In this document: in pieces, positions 61,037 through 64,000 of the stretch
Layout: each line of letters begins with the position of its first letter
Numbering within the stretch: position 1 is the first letter of the stretch
Assembly: GCA_963812225.1 (NCBI GenBank)
Contig: CAWEUN010000004.1
Location: 106,308 to 170,307, forward strand
DNA length: 64,000 nt
From: an uncultured Solirubrobacterales bacterium
Lineage (GTDB): Bacteria; Actinomycetota; Thermoleophilia; Solirubrobacterales; Solirubrobacteraceae
Reading direction: 5' to 3'
Notes under the pieces: generated by a model
The model's input: the letters and a program-made list of their open reading frames with translations, nothing else
Databases searched by the model: none
Told to the model about the DNA's origin: nothing
Program-made: the position numbers and the translations under genes

Positions 61037-61381
61037 TCAGCGCCGGCGCATGAGCGCGACCAGCTCACGACGCTGACGCTCGGAGAGACCGCCGATCGTC
61101 TTGCTCGGCGAGATCCTGCACTGCGAGAGGATCTTGTTGACCTTCACGCGGCCGTACTTGGGAACGGCGAGCAGCAGGTCGAAGACCTTGGCGGTCTCCA
61201 GATAGTCCGGCGGCTCGAGCAGCAGCTGGTGAATCGGCTGGCGGCCAGCCTTGAGATCGCGCTTCAGTTGCGCTCTGCGACTGCGGATGTCGTTCGCCCG
61301 CTGGAGCGCCTCCATGCGTTGCACGAGAGAGCGTTCCGGCGCAGCGACGTACTTCGTGGGCGTTTCGCTGACCGGCGGCAT
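61037..61381 (-). CDS. mihF: Actinobacterial integration host factor (mIHF/sIHF)
   Basis: H2TH-like LLLAVPKYGRVK...IGGLSERQR; located upstream of gmk. Confidence 0.9.
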   Translation of the reverse strand: MPPVSETPTKYVAAPERSLVQRMEALQRANDIRSRRAQLKRDLKAGRQPIHQLLLEPPDYLETAKVFDLLLAVPKYGRVKVNKILSQCRISPSKTIGGLSERQRRELVALMRRR

Positions 61382-61516
61382 GGGCGGCGACTATACATCT
61401 TGCGGCGACCCGATCAAGGCCAATCCCCCCAATTCGACTCGACCTCAGCCTGAGGTCGAGCATTGTCGAGCATGGTTCGGGGAATAACCTGCGTTTGCAG
61501 GGGGTTTTGTGAACTG

Positions 61517-62449
61517 CTAGCGCAAAGTGGCACGAAAGCCCGCCGTTTCGGGCGAGTCGGTGTTCCCAGCATGTGAATTCTCAACATGAGCACACAGTTC
61601 GTGCAACTCGGCGGCGATTCGAGCCCCCGCGGCCGGATCGCGGAAGCTTTCGGTCCCGACCGCCACAATGTCTGCGCCGACCCGCATCAGATCGCGGGCG
61701 TCGCGGCCACTCTGAACTCCTCCCATCCCGACCACGGGGATCGACACCGCACTCGCCACGGCGCGCACCTGGGCGAGCGCGACGGCGCGGACAGCCGGGC
61801 CCGACACGCCACCGGTGACGCCGCCGAGCCATGGCTCGCCCGTTCGAGGGTCGAGCGCCATGCCACGGACCGTGTTGATCAGCGATAGCGCGCTCGCGCC
61901 CGACCGCTCGGCGGCGCGAGCGACCGCCGCCACGTCCGAGGCGTTCGGGGTCAGCTTGACGATCAAAGGCTTGTCGGTGACCGGCCGAACGCGCTCGAGC
62001 AGCGCGGTCAGCTCGACCGGGTCGGCGCCCATCACCATGCCTGTCTCCACGTTTGGGCAGGAGACGTTCAGCTCGAGCGCCGCGACCTCGTCGCGTTCGG
62101 CGAACGCGGCAACCAGCTCTGCGACCTCCTCGCGGCTGAACCCCATCACGTTGACGATCAGCGGCACCGGCAGCCTCGCCAGCTTCGGTAGGTCCTCGGC
62201 CAGGTATCCCCGGAGGCCCTTGTTCGGCAGGCCGATCGAGTTGATCATCCCGCCGGCTATCTCCCACAGGCGGGGTGGCGGATTGCCCTGGCGCGGTTCG
62301 AGGGTGACGGTCTTGGACACGAACGCGGCGAACGGGAAGCGCTCGATCAGCTGATCGCCGAATACGCGCTCGGCGGCGATCGCGTCGAACGTGCCCGAGC
62401 CGTTGATTACGGGGTGCGCCAGCTCGATTCCGCAGAACGCGAGCGTCAA
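61517..62449 (-). CDS. pyrD: Dihydroorotate dehydrogenase (family 1B) catalytic subunit
   Basis: GSGTF, NSIGLPN, ELNVSCPN, KLTPN, INT, GGVSG. Confidence 0.95.
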   Translation of the reverse strand: MTLAFCGIELAHPVINGSGTFDAIAAERVFGDQLIERFPFAAFVSKTVTLEPRQGNPPPRLWEIAGGMINSIGLPNKGLRGYLAEDLPKLARLPVPLIVNVMGFSREEVAELVAAFAERDEVAALELNVSCPNVETGMVMGADPVELTALLERVRPVTDKPLIVKLTPNASDVAAVARAAERSGASALSLINTVRGMALDPRTGEPWLGGVTGGVSGPAVRAVALAQVRAVASAVSIPVVGMGGVQSGRDARDLMRVGADIVAVGTESFRDPAAGARIAAELHELCAHVENSHAGNTDSPETAGFRATLR

Positions 62450-63255
62450 TGTCCCGCTCCCGCCACTGCGGCGCTCTCGAGGACCTCGGCGTCGAGCACG
62501 GGACCGTCGACGCACAGCCGGACGTAGCCCCCGCGTGTGGGCACCACGCATCCGAAACACGCCCCGAACCCGCACGCCATCCCCGACTCCAGCGCCAGCT
62601 GCGCCGCGATCGCCCGCTCCGCGCACAGCGACCGGACCGACTCGAGCATCGCGGGTGGCCCGCACGCGTAGACCTCGACGTCGGACTCGTCCTCGAGCAC
62701 CTCCGCGAGCAGCTCCGTGACCAGCCCATGGTGGCCGACGCTGCCGTCGTCGGTCGCCAGCGCGGCGTCGCGCAGGAGCGCCGCCCCCGCCGCGCGGGCC
62801 GCGTCGCGGAATCCGAGCATCGTCGGCGACGGCACCCCGAGCTCGTCCTGGAGGATCGCCAGCGGCGCGATCCCCACGCCGCCTCCGACCAGCACGGGCC
62901 GCCGCCCCTGACGCGGCGGGGCGAACCCCGATCCCAATGGGCCGACGATCAGCAGGTCGTCCCCGGGGCCGAGCTCGCATAGGCGCTTGGTACCGGGTCC
63001 GACGTCCTCGATCAGGAACTGGAGCTCGCTGGTGCCGGCCGGGGCTCGCAGGACGCTGAACGCCCGCGGGAGAAACGGCCGCTCGGCCTCCCCCCCTCCC
63101 CACCGACTCGCGGCGGCAAGCATGTAGAACTGACCCGCCTGCGGCCTCGGACCGTGAGGGTCGGCGCAGCGGATCACGACGTAGGCGCCGTGTTCCTCGC
63201 GCGCGGTCACGGGGGTCGCGCGGCGACCGAACGGAGCCGTGACGCGTTCGCTCAC
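62446..63255 (-). CDS. pyrK: Dihydroorotate dehydrogenase electron transfer subunit
   Basis: GPLGSGF, GGGVGIAP, MACGFGACFGC...CVDGP. Confidence 0.93.
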   Translation of the reverse strand: MSERVTAPFGRRATPVTAREEHGAYVVIRCADPHGPRPQAGQFYMLAAASRWGGGEAERPFLPRAFSVLRAPAGTSELQFLIEDVGPGTKRLCELGPGDDLLIVGPLGSGFAPPRQGRRPVLVGGGVGIAPLAILQDELGVPSPTMLGFRDAARAAGAALLRDAALATDDGSVGHHGLVTELLAEVLEDESDVEVYACGPPAMLESVRSLCAERAIAAQLALESGMACGFGACFGCVVPTRGGYVRLCVDGPVLDAEVLESAAVAGAGH

Positions 63256-64000
63256 GAGACGCCGCTGAGCCGGTTGCCGTGAAGCTCCTGGAGCGAGATC
63301 ACCTCCGGTGACCCCGCGCCGTCGCCGCGACGCTCGGCCGCGATCGCACGCGCCGCCGCCATTCCGCCGGCCATCGTGGTGATGCACGGAATCCCCCGTG
63401 CGACCGCAGCCGTGCGGATCTCGTAACCGTCGGTGCGCGCGCCGGTGCCGACCGGCGTATTGATCACGAGGTCGACCTCCCCGCGCTCGATCCAGTCGAC
63501 CACGTGGGGCGAGCCCTCGCCGATCTTGTTGATTGGTTCCGCGGGGATCCCCATCTTGCGGATCGCCTGGGCCGTGCCGCGGGTGGCGATGATCTTGAAG
63601 CCGAGATCGTGTAGCACCGTCGCGACACCTGTCGCGGCAGGTTTGTCGCCGTCGGCGACGGTGATGAACGCGGTGCCGGAGCTCGGCAGCCTGGCCCCCG
63701 CCGCCGCCTGTGCCTTGGCGAAGGCCGTGGGGAAATCACGAGCGATCCCCATCACCTCGCCCGTCGAGCGCATCTCGGGCCCGAGGAGTGAGTCGGCCCC
63801 CGCGAACCGGTCGAACGGCAGCACGACCTCCTTGACGCACACGTGTCCGTTGGTCGTCTCCGCAGGGAGATCGAGGTCAGCGAGCCGCTCGCCGAGCATG
63901 ATGCGGCAGGCGAGCTTCGCCACCGGCAGCCCAATCGCCTTGGAGACGAACGGCACCGTCCGCGAGGCGCGCGGGTTGGCCTCGATCACGTGCAGCCGCT
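63252..64000 (-). CDS. carB: Carbamoyl-phosphate synthase large subunit, 3' part
   Basis: IEANPRASRTVP, GPEMRSTGEVMG, MGS domain. Confidence 0.96.
   Translation of the reverse strand, partial: RLHVIEANPRASRTVPFVSKAIGLPVAKLACRIMLGERLADLDLPAETTNGHVCVKEVVLPFDRFAGADSLLGPEMRSTGEVMGIARDFPTAFAKAQAAAGARLPSSGTAFITVADGDKPAATGVATVLHDLGFKIIATRGTAQAIRKMGIPAEPINKIGEGSPHVVDWIERGEVDLVINTPVGTGARTDGYEIRTAAVARGIPCITTMAGGMAAARAIAAERRGDGAGSPEVISLQELHGNRLSGVS

Overview
High-GC actinobacterial chromosome segment; gene content and order suggest Thermoleophilia/Solirubrobacterales (inference). Most of it is a minus-strand housekeeping backbone: carB-pyrK-pyrD, mihF-gmk-rpoZ-coaBC, MoxR/DUF58/transglutaminase, rimP-nusA-infB-rbfA-nrnA-truB-ribF-rpsO, pnp-M16 peptidase-dapB, desaturase module, dapA-rnj, ftsK-rodZ-cinA-thpR-recA-recX-rny, miaB. 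Three things stand out. (1) A ~12.5 kb accessory block between pnp and rpsO carries an atypical heme-copper oxidase operon. Its catalytic ligands are intact, but the D- and K-proton-channel residues are replaced. The operon is headed by a membrane-anchored cupredoxin with an unusual H...CxxxC-x11-M-x5-M site and has CusR-box-like operators next to a two-component system. (2) A composite, nested inverted-repeat element occurs three times, and two copies bracket that block. (3) A 1381-aa PAS/long coiled-coil/GAF protein has no output domain. No tRNA, rRNA, CRISPR array or transposase was recognised.
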